64,000 nucleotides of DNA from Methanomassiliicoccaceae archaeon. GTDB lineage: Archaea; Thermoplasmatota; Thermoplasmata; Methanomassiliicoccales; UBA472. Below the pieces are notes generated by a model that was not told where the DNA came from, made no database searches, and was given only the letters and a program-made list of their open reading frames with translations. Positions within the stretch are counted from its first letter, which is position 1, and each line of letters starts with the position of its first letter. Where the stretch lies: assembly GCA_963751645.1 (NCBI GenBank), contig CAVVVD010000008.1:13480-77479 (forward strand), in the 5' to 3' direction. Shown here piece by piece: positions 17,334 to 26,832 of this stretch. The position numbers and the translations under genes were made by a program.

Positions 17334-18626
17334 TCACACGACGAGACTGATGATGAACAGCGCGGCCGTGTTCACGACGGCCACCACTGTGACCATCACC
17401 AGTCGGCTCTTCGCAGCGCTCGCAAGCTCCTTGTCTACGGACCGTGTGATGATAATCTTGTTCACGCAGCTGAAGGCGCAGGCGAGCATGATGGTCTGAG
17501 CGGCGATCAAGGGGTCCAGGTTATCCGTGAAGACCAGGGTCCCAAGGGAGGCGGCCACCGCAGCCGAGGAGACGAAACCTCCGATGGCCGAGATGTAGAC
17601 ACCATAGCTGCCAAGGTACTCGTTCGCCAGATAGGATATCAACGAAATGACCAAGATGAGCCCAGCGAACTTCAATGCGGGCAAGATGGCGAAGGGGGAC
17701 TTCACCTCGAGCTTCTGGTCCGACACCTCCTCGGACTTGATGAACAGTCCGAGCAGGAAGGCGACGACGGTCGAAATCCCAGCGGGGACGAGGAGGATCG
17801 TGGCCGTGCTCAAGGTCGGGTCGGACAGCGCTACGACGATCAGGTTGCGGACGAACATCACGCCGGTCGCAAAGAGGATGCCCGATATCGCCGTCTTCAT
17901 CAGGTCCTTCCTCTCCTTGACCATGTTGCTGATGGAGGCGGTCGTGGCCTCTGAGTTGATCATCCCCCCTAGCAGCCCTGAGAACTCGAGCCCACGCTTG
18001 GGCCCTTCCTTCCGGATGATTATGAACGAGGCGAAGCTGATGGCACTGACGAACACGACCAGGAGGAGCACGAAGTTCAATGCGAGGATGCCTCCCGGGT
18101 TGAAAACGTCCCAAGGGGCATCCAGGTCGAGCTCCGTTGTCAACGGATATAGTATTATCGCCAGGGTCAGGAACTGCAAGGCCCCGATGATCTCATCGTC
18201 GTCCAATATCTCCGCGAATTGGTGCAGCCTGCGCCTCGATACGAGCAGGAACGTCGTGACCAATGTTACCACCGCGGCCGCGAAGAGCATGTCGAGGCCC
18301 ACCAATGCCCCAGCGAAGAACGTCACCATCATCGCCATCGGCGTGGTGAGTCCAGGGAAGCCCTTCTCGAACTTGATATAAGCGAGGAATATGGCGAAGG
18401 CACCGACCAGTAGCACCCCGGCAATCAACACCCAAGCGAAATCGGGGTCCTTTGTCGTGAGATATGCCGCAATGAAACCGAAAAGCGAGACCAACGCGAA
18501 GGTCCTCACCCCTGCGAACGAGGACACCTCGTCCCGGTGATGCTCCCTCTCCAGCCCTACCAAGGCCCCCACACCGACGGCGATCAGGGCATTGATGAGA
18601 AAGTCCGGGTCTGTGAGGACGGCCAC
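17334..18626 (-). CDS. MgtC/SapB family + DUF4010 membrane protein
   Basis: 430 aa, polytopic. N-terminal GVGALVGLEREHHRDE...AGVRTFALVSLFG is MgtC-like, followed by a long hydrophobic C-terminal half. Confidence 0.65.
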   Translation of the reverse strand: MAVLTDPDFLINALIAVGVGALVGLEREHHRDEVSSFAGVRTFALVSLFGFIAAYLTTKDPDFAWVLIAGVLLVGAFAIFLAYIKFEKGFPGLTTPMAMMVTFFAGALVGLDMLFAAAVVTLVTTFLLVSRRRLHQFAEILDDDEIIGALQFLTLAIILYPLTTELDLDAPWDVFNPGGILALNFVLLLVVFVSAISFASFIIIRKEGPKRGLEFSGLLGGMINSEATTASISNMVKERKDLMKTAISGILFATGVMFVRNLIVVALSDPTLSTATILLVPAGISTVVAFLLGLFIKSEEVSDQKLEVKSPFAILPALKFAGLILVISLISYLANEYLGSYGVYISAIGGFVSSAAVAASLGTLVFTDNLDPLIAAQTIMLACAFSCVNKIIITRSVDKELASAAKSRLVMVTVVAVVNTAALFIISLVV

Positions 18627-18859
18627 GGGCCAATATTATTTTACCACATATATATTTAATTACATACCATGATGCCGATATCGAGGTTCGTCATCGTTCT
18701 GGTATCTTAGGGTTTTAACGAATAGAGGGCACTTTGTTGCGTCTTTATCATTGTCTGCCTTTTATAGTATCTAGCTATCGAAGCCAGACTACGAAAAACA
18801 TTCTTCTCAAAAGAACAAAATAACTTATATAAGTACCAATATTTGCCCTCAAACTTGCA

Positions 18860-21037
18860 TTGGGGAAAATACACATGATCAACGTGGAATTGGATCCGAT
18901 ACTCTATGTGATTCCTATTGCGGGTCTGGTCGGTCTGCTCTTTGTTTGGTTGCTGACACGCTGGGTGTTCAAGAAGGACACCGGTACACCCGAGATGAGG
19001 GTGGTCAGCGACGCCATCAAGGAAGGGGCAATGGCCTACTTGGCTCGACAATATAAGACGATCGCGATCATCAGCGTCATCCTTGGCATACTCATCATGG
19101 TTGCCATCGATCCGTTGACTGGTGCAGCGTTCTTGATCGGCGCCTTCTGTTCCGCCCTATCGGGCTACATTGGGATGATCGTCTCCGTGAACGCGAACAT
19201 CAGGACCGCCAGCGCCGCACGGCGTACCCTCGGCGAGGCCCTTCAGGTCTCCTTCAGGGGTGGCGCGGTATCCGGTATCGCAGTCGTCACCCTGAGCCTT
19301 CTCGGAGTGGCAGGCGTTGTGTTCCTGTTCTGGTGGCTTCAGCCTGAGGACACCGTTAACGGCATTGACCAAAGCTTGCAGCAGGCTTTGCTCCTGGCGG
19401 TCGGTTATGCGTTCGGAGCCTCCTTCGCTGCCTTGTTCGCCCAGTTGGGCGGCGGTATCTACACCAAGGCCGCCGACGTCGGTGCGGACCTGGTCGGCAA
19501 GGTCGAGGCAGGCATCCCTGAGGACAGCCCCAAGAACCCGGCGGTCATCGCTGACCTGGTCGGGGACAATGTGGGGGACTGTGCCGGACGTGGTGCGGAC
19601 CTCTTCGAGTCCACTGCTGCCGAGAACATCGGTGCCATGATCCTAGGTTTCGTCCTCTACTCTTTCACAGGTAACATCGGATTCGTGTTCTTCCCGTTGG
19701 TCGCTCGTGGCCTTGGTATCTTCGCAGGTGTAGTCGGTATCTACCTTGTCAAGATGAAGAACGAGGACGAGGAACCGATGAAGGCCCTGAATCGGGGATA
19801 TTACGTCGCATGTGTCCTTGCCATCATCTTGTTCGGCATAGCCGCCAGTCAGATGCTAGGTGACAACTGGGCGTACTTCGTCGGCTGTGGGATCATCGGG
19901 GTCATCCTCAGCATCGTCATAGTGTACATCACCCAATATTACACATCCGGATCCTACCGTCCGGTGCGCGACATCGCGAAGGCCTCAGAGACCGGAGCGG
20001 CCACCAACATCATCAGTGGTTTCGCGATCGGTCTGGAGACCACGTTCATGCCCGTCATAGCCATCGCCGTCTCATTGCTCGGCGCATATGAGCTAGGTCA
20101 ACTTGCGGCACCATCTGGGTCCTCAACGGGCGAACTGTTCTCATATGGTCTGTACGGTACCGCCGTCGCCACCATGGGTATGCTAGCCACAGCCGCGTTC
20201 GTACTGGCCGAGGACACCTTCGGCCCGATCACTGACAACGCCGGTGGCATCGTGGAGATGTCCTCGCAACCCGAGGAGATCCGCCACCGCACCGACAAAT
20301 TGGACTCTGTCGGCAACACCACCAAGGCCCTCACCAAGGGATATGCCATGGGATCGGCCGCCTTGGCCGCCTACCTGCTGTTCGGTGCTTACTTCGACGC
20401 GGTCGCATCCATCCGTGGTTACGAAGGCGCTGAGATCTTCGCCGTCTATCAGGTGGACATCGCCCAGCCCCCCGTGTTCGTCGGGGCTCTCATCGGAGCG
20501 ATGCTGGTGTTCCTGTTCGCCTCCTTGGCCATACGCGCGGTCGGTAAGGCTGCGGGCGATATGATCGCAGAGGTCAGACGCCAGTTCAAGGAGAACCCGA
20601 ACATACTGGCAGGGGACGATAAGCCCGATTACGCCCGCTGCGTGGACATATCCACCAAAGGTGCTCTGAAGGCCATGATCCTACCGGGCATATTGCCGGT
20701 CATCGTACCGCTTGCGCTCGGTCTGACCATGAGATATGCGTATCCAGATGACTGGACGATAGCATATCAGGCCGTGGGCGCCATGCTCATGGTAGGTACC
20801 ATCGCAGGCTTGATGATGGCGCTGACCCTGAACAACAGTGGTGGGGCGTGGGACAACGCGAAGAAATACGTGGAATCCTCGGGTCAGAAGAAGACCCCCC
20901 TCCATGCGGCGGCAGTGGTCGGAGATACTGTCGGTGACCCGTTCAAGGACACCGCTGGACCTTCGCTGCACGTGCTGATCAAGCTCCTGGCCACCATCAC
21001 CCTGGTGTTCGCGGGCCTGTTCGTGGTAGCTCCATAA
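18860..21037 (+). CDS. hppA: Membrane-bound ion-translocating pyrophosphatase
   Basis: 725 aa. GGIYTKAADVGADLVGKVE, DNVGDCAGRGADLFES, GPITDNAGGIVEM and GDTVGDPFKDTAGPSL motifs. The start is possibly Met at 18875. Confidence 0.9.
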   Translation: MGKIHMINVELDPILYVIPIAGLVGLLFVWLLTRWVFKKDTGTPEMRVVSDAIKEGAMAYLARQYKTIAIISVILGILIMVAIDPLTGAAFLIGAFCSALSGYIGMIVSVNANIRTASAARRTLGEALQVSFRGGAVSGIAVVTLSLLGVAGVVFLFWWLQPEDTVNGIDQSLQQALLLAVGYAFGASFAALFAQLGGGIYTKAADVGADLVGKVEAGIPEDSPKNPAVIADLVGDNVGDCAGRGADLFESTAAENIGAMILGFVLYSFTGNIGFVFFPLVARGLGIFAGVVGIYLVKMKNEDEEPMKALNRGYYVACVLAIILFGIAASQMLGDNWAYFVGCGIIGVILSIVIVYITQYYTSGSYRPVRDIAKASETGAATNIISGFAIGLETTFMPVIAIAVSLLGAYELGQLAAPSGSSTGELFSYGLYGTAVATMGMLATAAFVLAEDTFGPITDNAGGIVEMSSQPEEIRHRTDKLDSVGNTTKALTKGYAMGSAALAAYLLFGAYFDAVASIRGYEGAEIFAVYQVDIAQPPVFVGALIGAMLVFLFASLAIRAVGKAAGDMIAEVRRQFKENPNILAGDDKPDYARCVDISTKGALKAMILPGILPVIVPLALGLTMRYAYPDDWTIAYQAVGAMLMVGTIAGLMMALTLNNSGGAWDNAKKYVESSGQKKTPLHAAAVVGDTVGDPFKDTAGPSLHVLIKLLATITLVFAGLFVVAP

Positions 21038-21055
21038 AAACCCCTTCCCCTATCC

Positions 21056-21066
21056 TTTCTTTTTTT
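21056..21066 (+). terminator. Oligo-T terminator after hppA
   Basis: TTTCTTTTTTT lies about 20 nt downstream of the hppA stop. Archaeal termination commonly uses oligo-T tracts. Confidence 0.45.
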
Positions 21067-21106
21067 ATCCAGCACACCAGAATGGGGACCGTATTTATAG
21101 TCAAGG

Positions 21107-21114
21107 TTTAAATA
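21107..21114 (+). promoter_or_regulatory. TATA box upstream of the rpoE-spt4-rps operon
   Basis: TTTAAATA about 40 nt upstream of the rpoE ATG, in an AT-rich spacer. Confidence 0.4.
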
Positions 21115-21153
21115 AGAGTTACCGCATCGCTGGTTAGTTACAGGGGTCTTTCA

Positions 21154-21720
21154 ATGTACTTGTTGACACAACGTGAGAACGTTGTTCGCATTCCTCCAGA
21201 GCGTTTGGGTGATGACCTGGACGCGGTGGTCAATCAGCTCGCCCGAGAGTCCTATGAGGGCAAGATAGAGGGAGAATCACTCACCGTCCTGATCCAAAAC
21301 ATAGAGCCCATCGGACCTGGTCGCATCGTTCACGGTGACGGGGCTGTCTACCAGACGGTGAAGTACCATGCCTTGATCTTCAAACCCATGCAGCAGGAGA
21401 TCGTCGAGGGCGCGGTGGTCGAAGTGCTGAAGTTCGGTGCTTTCGTCCGCTTCGGACCGTTGGACGGTCTGCTGCACATCAGCCAGGTAATGGACGACCG
21501 CATTGACATCGATGATGTCAACCAGCGCCTCATCGGAAAGGACACCAAGAGAGACCTCCGTGTGGGCGACAAGGTGCGTGCCCGCATCGTGGCCCTCTCG
21601 CTGAACGAGCGGAACCCGAGGGAGAGCAAGATCGGTCTGACCATGAGGCAGCCCGGGCTTGGTAAGATGGAGTGGATCGCCGAGGACCGAGCCAAGAAGG
21701 CCGAGAAGGGAGCGGCATGA
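21154..21720 (+). CDS. rpoE: DNA-directed RNA polymerase subunit E' (Rpo7)
   Basis: 188 aa. The N-terminal Rpo7 fold is followed by an S1 domain (VEGAVVEVLKFGAFVRFGPLDGLLHISQVMDD). Confidence 0.9.
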   Translation: MYLLTQRENVVRIPPERLGDDLDAVVNQLARESYEGKIEGESLTVLIQNIEPIGPGRIVHGDGAVYQTVKYHALIFKPMQQEIVEGAVVEVLKFGAFVRFGPLDGLLHISQVMDDRIDIDDVNQRLIGKDTKRDLRVGDKVRARIVALSLNERNPRESKIGLTMRQPGLGKMEWIAEDRAKKAEKGAA

Positions 21721-21905
21721 CCAAGTTAATGAAGGCCTGCAAGAACTGCAGCTTCATCACGGAGGGGGACGTCTGTCCGCTATGCGGCAACCAGACCTCC
21801 AAGGACTGGCAAGGTTACGTGATCATCATCGACCACACCAAGTCTGAGATCTCCAAGAGGATGGGCATCAATGTCAACGGCAAGTTCGCGCTCAAAGTGC
21901 GCTGA
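21717..21905 (+). CDS. spt4: Transcription elongation factor Spt4 (RpoE'')
   Basis: MTKLMKACKNCSFITEGDVCPLCG zinc ribbon plus WQGYVIIID. ATGA overlap with the rpoE stop. The longer track ORF (21672) lies inside rpoE. Confidence 0.85.
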   Translation: MTKLMKACKNCSFITEGDVCPLCGNQTSKDWQGYVIIIDHTKSEISKRMGINVNGKFALKVR

Positions 21906-22428
21906 ACTGAAGGTGCCTAGGAATGGGTGGGTCCTGCCCGAGCGGTTATGGCCGCAGATGAGGGTGCTGTGGGGTGAGATAATGACCGAGGCTGACATGG
22001 TAAAGGCGGTAGATGGGTGTGATATGGTCATCTCCGTCGGCGACGTCGTCTCATTGGCACTGCTCCAGAACGGCATCGTGCCCCACCTAACCATATACGA
22101 TCGTGTCACCGAACGCAAACCCATGACAACCCTGGACCGCTACTTGGACGGTATCGAGGGAAGGACCGTGTCCATCAAGAACGAACCCGGGACCATCACC
22201 CCGGAGCTGGTGAAGGGGGTCATGGATGCCATCGGGTCGAGGGCCCCGACCAAGATGTTCATCGAAGGGGAGGAGGACCTGGCGGCCTTGGTATGTGCCG
22301 CTGTGGCACCGGACCGCTCCTGCCTGATATATGGGGTCCCGAATAAGGGAATGACGATGGTCCACATAGACGTCAATGTCCGCGAGAAGGCTATAGGATT
22401 GATATACGAAATGGAGGAATCGAATTGA
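21871..22428 (+). CDS. DUF359 protein (GTP-dependent dephospho-CoA kinase family)
   Basis: 185 aa. Conserved position between spt4 and rps24e in archaea. VISVGDVV...L...G..P...IYD...R and FIEGEEDLAALV are typical of the family. The exact start is uncertain. Confidence 0.65.
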   Translation: MSTASSRSKCAELKVPRNGWVLPERLWPQMRVLWGEIMTEADMVKAVDGCDMVISVGDVVSLALLQNGIVPHLTIYDRVTERKPMTTLDRYLDGIEGRTVSIKNEPGTITPELVKGVMDAIGSRAPTKMFIEGEEDLAALVCAAVAPDRSCLIYGVPNKGMTMVHIDVNVREKAIGLIYEMEESN

Positions 22429-22763
22429 ACCTGAGGATCGATAACAAGAAGCAGAACCTGCTTCAGCACAGATGGGAATTGAATTTCACGGCCGAGCATG
22501 GCGGACTGGCCACCCCAAAGAGGGATGAGCTGCGCCAGAAGGTGGCAGAGGCCATGGGGGCGAAGAAGGAGCAGGTCATCATAGACCGCAACGTCACCGA
22601 GACCGGTATGGGCGTAAGCCACGGTTACGCTAAGGTCTATGATTCGGTCGATGCCGTCAAGAGGACCGAGCGGAACTACATGCAAGTACGCCACGGCCTG
22701 GCCGAGAAGAAGAAGAAGGTCGCCGTCGCTCATACCGCCAGGGCAGCCCCGAAGATAAAGTAA
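22425..22763 (+). CDS. rps24e: 30S ribosomal protein S24e
   Basis: 112 aa. NKKQNLLQHRWELNFTAEH...TPKRDELRQKVAE...GYAKVYDS pattern. Confidence 0.9.
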   Translation: MNLRIDNKKQNLLQHRWELNFTAEHGGLATPKRDELRQKVAEAMGAKKEQVIIDRNVTETGMGVSHGYAKVYDSVDAVKRTERNYMQVRHGLAEKKKKVAVAHTARAAPKIK

Positions 22764-22774
22764 GGTGATTTGAA

Positions 22775-22981
22775 ATGGCGAAGGACGAGAAGAAGAAGGC
22801 CCCGGCCGTCAAGACCATCCGCAAGTCCAAGAAGGATGCCTATGGCGTCGGAAAGGACGGCAAGCTCGAGCGCAAGAAGAAGCACTGCCCCAAGTGCGGG
22901 CCCGGCGTTTTCCTGGCCAACCACGAGAACAGGTTGGCCTGCGGACGTTGCGGCTATACTGAGTTCAGCAAGAAGAAGTGA
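22775..22981 (+). CDS. rps27ae: 30S ribosomal protein S27ae
   Basis: 68 aa. Lys-rich N-terminus and a C4 ribbon [23 protein letters not shown]. Confidence 0.9.
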   Translation: MAKDEKKKAPAVKTIRKSKKDAYGVGKDGKLERKKKHCPKCGPGVFLANHENRLACGRCGYTEFSKKK

Positions 22982-23053
22982 ACCTCGACCCAGAACCTCG
23001 TATCTGGGTCAGGAAAAATCTTTTACTCGCCCTCCGGAATGGAGGGCCAACAA

Positions 23054-23127
23054 GGGCTCGTAGTGTAGCTTGGATATCACAAAGGCCTCCGGAGCCTTGA
23101 ACCGGGGTTCAAATCCCCGCGGGCCCG
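23054..23127 (+). tRNA. tRNA-Arg (anticodon CCG)
   Basis: Acceptor GGGCTCG/CGGGCCC (one G-U pair). Anticodon arm AAGGC-CTCCGGA-GCCTT. T arm CGGGG-TTCAAAT-CCCCG. Discriminator G. Confidence 0.9.
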
Positions 23128-23426
23128 CTTCTCATCAATCGATCGTTCGGTCTATAATCGATCTCGTGTTGACCGTTCACGTTCCGTCACGTCAGCGTTG
23201 AGAATTGCCAATATGTAAAATGTTAATATCACCGAAACGATAATGGATGGGCGGAGCGGCCGAGCAGGAACACAACTCGACTACGAGGAGGAACGACCGC
23301 TCCGTGTTTCATCTTCATTTTCAGGTGTTAGGGTCATCGTGTGATACACCCTATCACGCTAAAGACAATCAAATAATGATATGTATTTAAAAAAATCGCA
23401 TCTTTTTCCCTGATAGCGAATGCTCG

Positions 23427-23468
23427 TGCAACATTTTCTCACGATAATAGGTCAAATGTTGCAACATT
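23427..23468 (+). promoter_or_regulatory. Inverted/direct repeat set (TGCAACATT x2 plus a 14-bp palindrome) upstream of the aconitase-X operon
   Basis: TGCAACATTT (23427-23436) is the exact reverse complement of AAATGTTGCA (23454-23463). AATGTTGCAACATT (23455-23468) is a perfect palindrome about 105 nt upstream of the ATG at 23574. Confidence 0.35.
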
Positions 23469-23573
23469 GCATAAAAACCATCTCGGAACCAGGGATTCCT
23501 GCGATACACGCCCTCATCAACGTGAAAGTTCAAACATTATTTATCGGCCTTCTTTCCTTACATCGCACTGGAC

Positions 23574-24743
23574 ATGTTTCTGAGCAGGGATGAGGAAGAA
23601 ATCCTAGCCGGTGAAGGAGGACCGGGACAACAGAGGGCGATGGAGCTCTTGGTCGCCCTGGGAAGGATCTATGATGCCAAGCGATTGGTACCTATAACCT
23701 CCGCCCATCTGTCAGGCGTTTCATATAAGACGATCGGTGAGGGTGGGATCGATTTCCTCATCGAGATGTCCAGGGATTCGAAGGTCAGGGTCCCCACCAC
23801 ATTGAACCCCATGGGCATGGACGCTGAGCGATGGAGCGAGATGCGCATCCCCGAATCGTTCGCAAAAAGACAGCTGGTCATCATGGACCGGTATGCCGCG
23901 CTCGGCGTGAGCACCACCTGCTCTTGCACTCCGTACCTGACCGAGAACGTCCCTCGTCAAGGGGACACCATCGCATGGGCCGAATCCTCCGCACTTTCCT
24001 TTGCGAACTCGGTCCTGGGAGCAAGGACGAACCGCGAGGGCGGTCCAGGGGCCTTGGCCGCAGCGATACTGGGTCGGACACCTTGCTATGGCCTGCATCT
24101 CGACGAGAACAGGGCACCCACCGTGGTCGTGGAGGTCGAGGGGGTAGAAGGCATTTTCGACCATTCCCTGTTGGGTCATGCCGTCGGTCAGACCACTGGA
24201 GGCTCGGTCCCATATTTCCGTGGTATCGCCCCAGACAAGGACGAGCTTAAGATAATGGCCGCGGCGATGGCCGCGGCGGGCAGCGTGGCCTTGTTCCACG
24301 TGGAGGGGTCAACCCCAGAGAGCGAAGGACATGACCTCAAGGGATTGGATATGGTCCATATCGGGAGGAAGGAGCTCGACGAGGTACGGTCGAGGTTAAG
24401 CGTGGAGGAGGAGCCGGACCTGATCGCCTTGGGCTGTCCTCACCTATCCGTTAGGGAGATGAGGGAGCTCGCCTCGATCACCAAGGGAAGGAAGAGGTCT
24501 CCGAAGGTCGAGGTGTGGTTCTGCACCTCCCGAAGCACAGCCTCTCAATGCCCAGAGGAGGTGGCCGCTTTGAACAGGTTCGGTAAGGTGGTCTGCGACA
24601 CCTGCATGATAGTGGCACCGATAGAGGGGACGCACAGGGTGACGGCCACCAACTCGTGCAAGGCCTGCTCCTATCTTCCCGGGCTATGCTCTCAGAAAGT
24701 TATGTGCCGTTCCGCCCCTCAGCTTCTGGAGATGATATCCTGA
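23574..24743 (+). CDS. Aconitase X catalytic (DUF521) subunit; in archaea, phosphomevalonate dehydratase large subunit
   Basis: 389 aa. PITSAHLSGVSY, TTLNPMGMD, CSCTPY, AWAESSALSFANSVLGARTNREGG are the DUF521/AcnX pattern. It is followed by the DUF126 partner. Confidence 0.8.
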   Translation: MFLSRDEEEILAGEGGPGQQRAMELLVALGRIYDAKRLVPITSAHLSGVSYKTIGEGGIDFLIEMSRDSKVRVPTTLNPMGMDAERWSEMRIPESFAKRQLVIMDRYAALGVSTTCSCTPYLTENVPRQGDTIAWAESSALSFANSVLGARTNREGGPGALAAAILGRTPCYGLHLDENRAPTVVVEVEGVEGIFDHSLLGHAVGQTTGGSVPYFRGIAPDKDELKIMAAAMAAAGSVALFHVEGSTPESEGHDLKGLDMVHIGRKELDEVRSRLSVEEEPDLIALGCPHLSVREMRELASITKGRKRSPKVEVWFCTSRSTASQCPEEVAALNRFGKVVCDTCMIVAPIEGTHRVTATNSCKACSYLPGLCSQKVMCRSAPQLLEMIS

Positions 24744-25519
24744 TCCTACAGGGCAGGTCGATATCCCGGGGCAGGGCCGAGGGGAAGGCGCTGGTCCTAC
24801 GTTCTGCATTCAGTTTCCTTGGTGGCGTCAGCCCCCAGACGGGCCTGCTCACGATATCAAGCGGAAGGGAGGGAGAGCCATTGGAAGGGAGGGTCTTCGT
24901 GTTCTCCCGAGGGAAGGGAAGCACGGTGGGTTCCTACACGCTGCTCGATCTGAGGAAGAACGGACACCTCCCCTCAGCGATAATAAACGAGAGTGCAGAG
25001 ACGATCGTGGCTACAGGGGCGGTAATGGCATCGGTACCGATGGTGGACGGGATCGACATCTCCTTGATAATGGACGATGACCAGTTGGTGGTCGATGGTG
25101 CCGAGGGCACCGTGGAGATCGTGGATGTCATCTTGTCCGAGGTGGTGACCTGTGTCTTGCGCCATGAGGGCAAGGTCCTTGCCCTGAAGCGGAGCGACAA
25201 GGTCTCCACCAACAAGCTGAAATGGGCTGGGGTCAGCGGATTCATCGAGAAGGGCGAGCAGCCTTTGGAGACAGCCTACAAGGAGATCGCGGAGGAGACT
25301 GGGATCGAGGACCCTCAGTTGATCAAGATTGGCAAGACAGTGATGGTACGTTCGGAGGGCAGGATATGGAAGGTGCATCCCTTCCTTTTCGATGTCGGAT
25401 CTCCCTTGGTGACCATAGACTGGGAGCATACTGACCACAGATGGCTCGCCCCAAGTGACCTAGATAATATGGACGTGGTACCAGGGTTCCGAAGGTTGCT
25501 ATCGGACCTAGAACTATGA
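24686..25519 (+). CDS. Aconitase X swivel (DUF126) small subunit fused to a C-terminal Nudix hydrolase domain
   Basis: The N-terminal half (GRAEGKALVLRSAFSFLGGV...GRVFVFSRGKGSTVGSYTLLDL...P.AIIN) is DUF126. The C-terminal half carries a Nudix box GFIEKGEQPLETAYKEIAEETGI. The start is uncertain (24656 or 24686, or a non-ATG start near 24740); it overlaps the end of the large-subunit gene. Confidence 0.7.
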   Translation: MLSESYVPFRPSASGDDILILQGRSISRGRAEGKALVLRSAFSFLGGVSPQTGLLTISSGREGEPLEGRVFVFSRGKGSTVGSYTLLDLRKNGHLPSAIINESAETIVATGAVMASVPMVDGIDISLIMDDDQLVVDGAEGTVEIVDVILSEVVTCVLRHEGKVLALKRSDKVSTNKLKWAGVSGFIEKGEQPLETAYKEIAEETGIEDPQLIKIGKTVMVRSEGRIWKVHPFLFDVGSPLVTIDWEHTDHRWLAPSDLDNMDVVPGFRRLLSDLEL

Positions 25520-25718
25520 TCGATATCAAATAGCGGAAATTTTGCGAAATCCTATCCAAACGATCTCTAATGTCCTTCCAACATACCTTTGGGTGTGTTG
25601 AGCATCGACTTGATTTTATCTGAGTAAGTTGGAGTTTCTGAGAATGTGATTCCATCAACGACCGTCACCTGAAGAGAATGAAGTTCAATAACAGACCTGT
25701 CATCAAATTGACAAGAGC

Positions 25719-26660
25719 TTAGTCCATTTTCATTGAGGCCGCTTCTAGGCGAGACGAAAAACAGATACCTGTCATTTTCTCCGATAGTTCCCATACCAGC
25801 TTAGCTAGAGCTAGGTCCCTTCCCTGTTTCTGGGGCGCTACTAGGACCGGATGACCTTTGAATTGCATCCAGCCATCAGGGCCGTAAAATTCACCACCTT
25901 TGACCGTCGGGTCCAAACACGCACGCAAAGCAGGCAACGACCCCTGAAAGATATCGTGCATGAAAGGCTTAAGACCCAAGCGCATCAGCTTTCTATGCCC
26001 ATAAAGGGAGGTGTCCACCAATCCAGGATGACATGCAACACAATGGGGCGATTCGATATCGTGAAGGTCCAACCTTCTCTGCAATTCTTGGGAAAAGAGC
26101 AGAGTGGCCAATTTGCTCTGCTTATACGCTTTCCAAGGGCTATAGTGCCGCTCCCAATTGATATCCTCAAAATTGATCGCCCCTCCACGATGGACGATGC
26201 TGGTCTGAATGACGACACGGGAGTCTCTTGTAAGCATTAGGAGATCGAGAAGATTGGCAGTGAGGAAGAAGTGCCCTAGATAATTCACTCCCCATTGCGA
26301 CTCATACCCTTGAACCGTCTTCGAATAGGGCAGTACCATGATCCCGGCGTTGTTTACTAGAATGTCGAGGGACCCATGCTTTGATCTAAAAGAATCGGCG
26401 AACCTCTTGACGGACCGTAGATCGGCCAGGTCCAACTCAATTACCTCTGGGGTAGCTCCCGGGATCGAGGAACGGATACTTTCGGCCACGGTGTTGGCCT
26501 TGGCGACATCTATGTCAGCCATGACCACTTGACCACCTTTCGAAGAAAGGACCTTTGTTATTTGCGCACCAAGACCTGAGGCGGCACCGGTAACTATCAC
26601 GGTTCGGCCCGAAATGTCCGGCATGGCCTCGAGGTCCCAATCTCCTCTGCGATCAGGCAT
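25719..26660 (-). CDS. Short-chain dehydrogenase/reductase (SDR)
   Basis: GRTVIVTGAASGLG (TGxxxGxG), NNAG, and the catalytic Y-x-x-x-K (YKQSK). The track ORF extends to 26714. Start choice is uncertain. Confidence 0.8.
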   Translation of the reverse strand: MPDRRGDWDLEAMPDISGRTVIVTGAASGLGAQITKVLSSKGGQVVMADIDVAKANTVAESIRSSIPGATPEVIELDLADLRSVKRFADSFRSKHGSLDILVNNAGIMVLPYSKTVQGYESQWGVNYLGHFFLTANLLDLLMLTRDSRVVIQTSIVHRGGAINFEDINWERHYSPWKAYKQSKLATLLFSQELQRRLDLHDIESPHCVACHPGLVDTSLYGHRKLMRLGLKPFMHDIFQGSLPALRACLDPTVKGGEFYGPDGWMQFKGHPVLVAPQKQGRDLALAKLVWELSEKMTGICFSSRLEAASMKMD

Positions 26661-26832
26661 TATTCGCCATATAGGTATCATTATTTGATAACAATTTGGC
26701 GGTTCTGGGCGCATTGCTCCCTAATCTGCGGAAATTTGATTTTTTAGGATGATCTTGTCATGAAAGCGCTTAGTCCATGTTATTCTGGCATGTCCGTATC
26801 AAGGACCGAATGAGAACCTCTTGGGCTCATCA

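Noticed and set aside
23252-23415. Possible C/D box sRNA or other small RNA after tRNA-Arg (hairpin GGAGCGG...CCGCTCC; ATGATAT and CTGA elements)
   Set aside because: The C-box-like ATGATAT deviates from RUGAUGA. The spacing to CTGA is too short for a full C/D-C'/D' unit, and I could find no terminal stem. It is left as part of the spacer finding, not called as a feature.
25567-25794. 75-aa minus-strand ORF in the lower-GC stretch after the Nudix fusion gene
   Set aside because: It overlaps the 3' end of the SDR gene by 76 nt, has no motif and is short. Support is insufficient.
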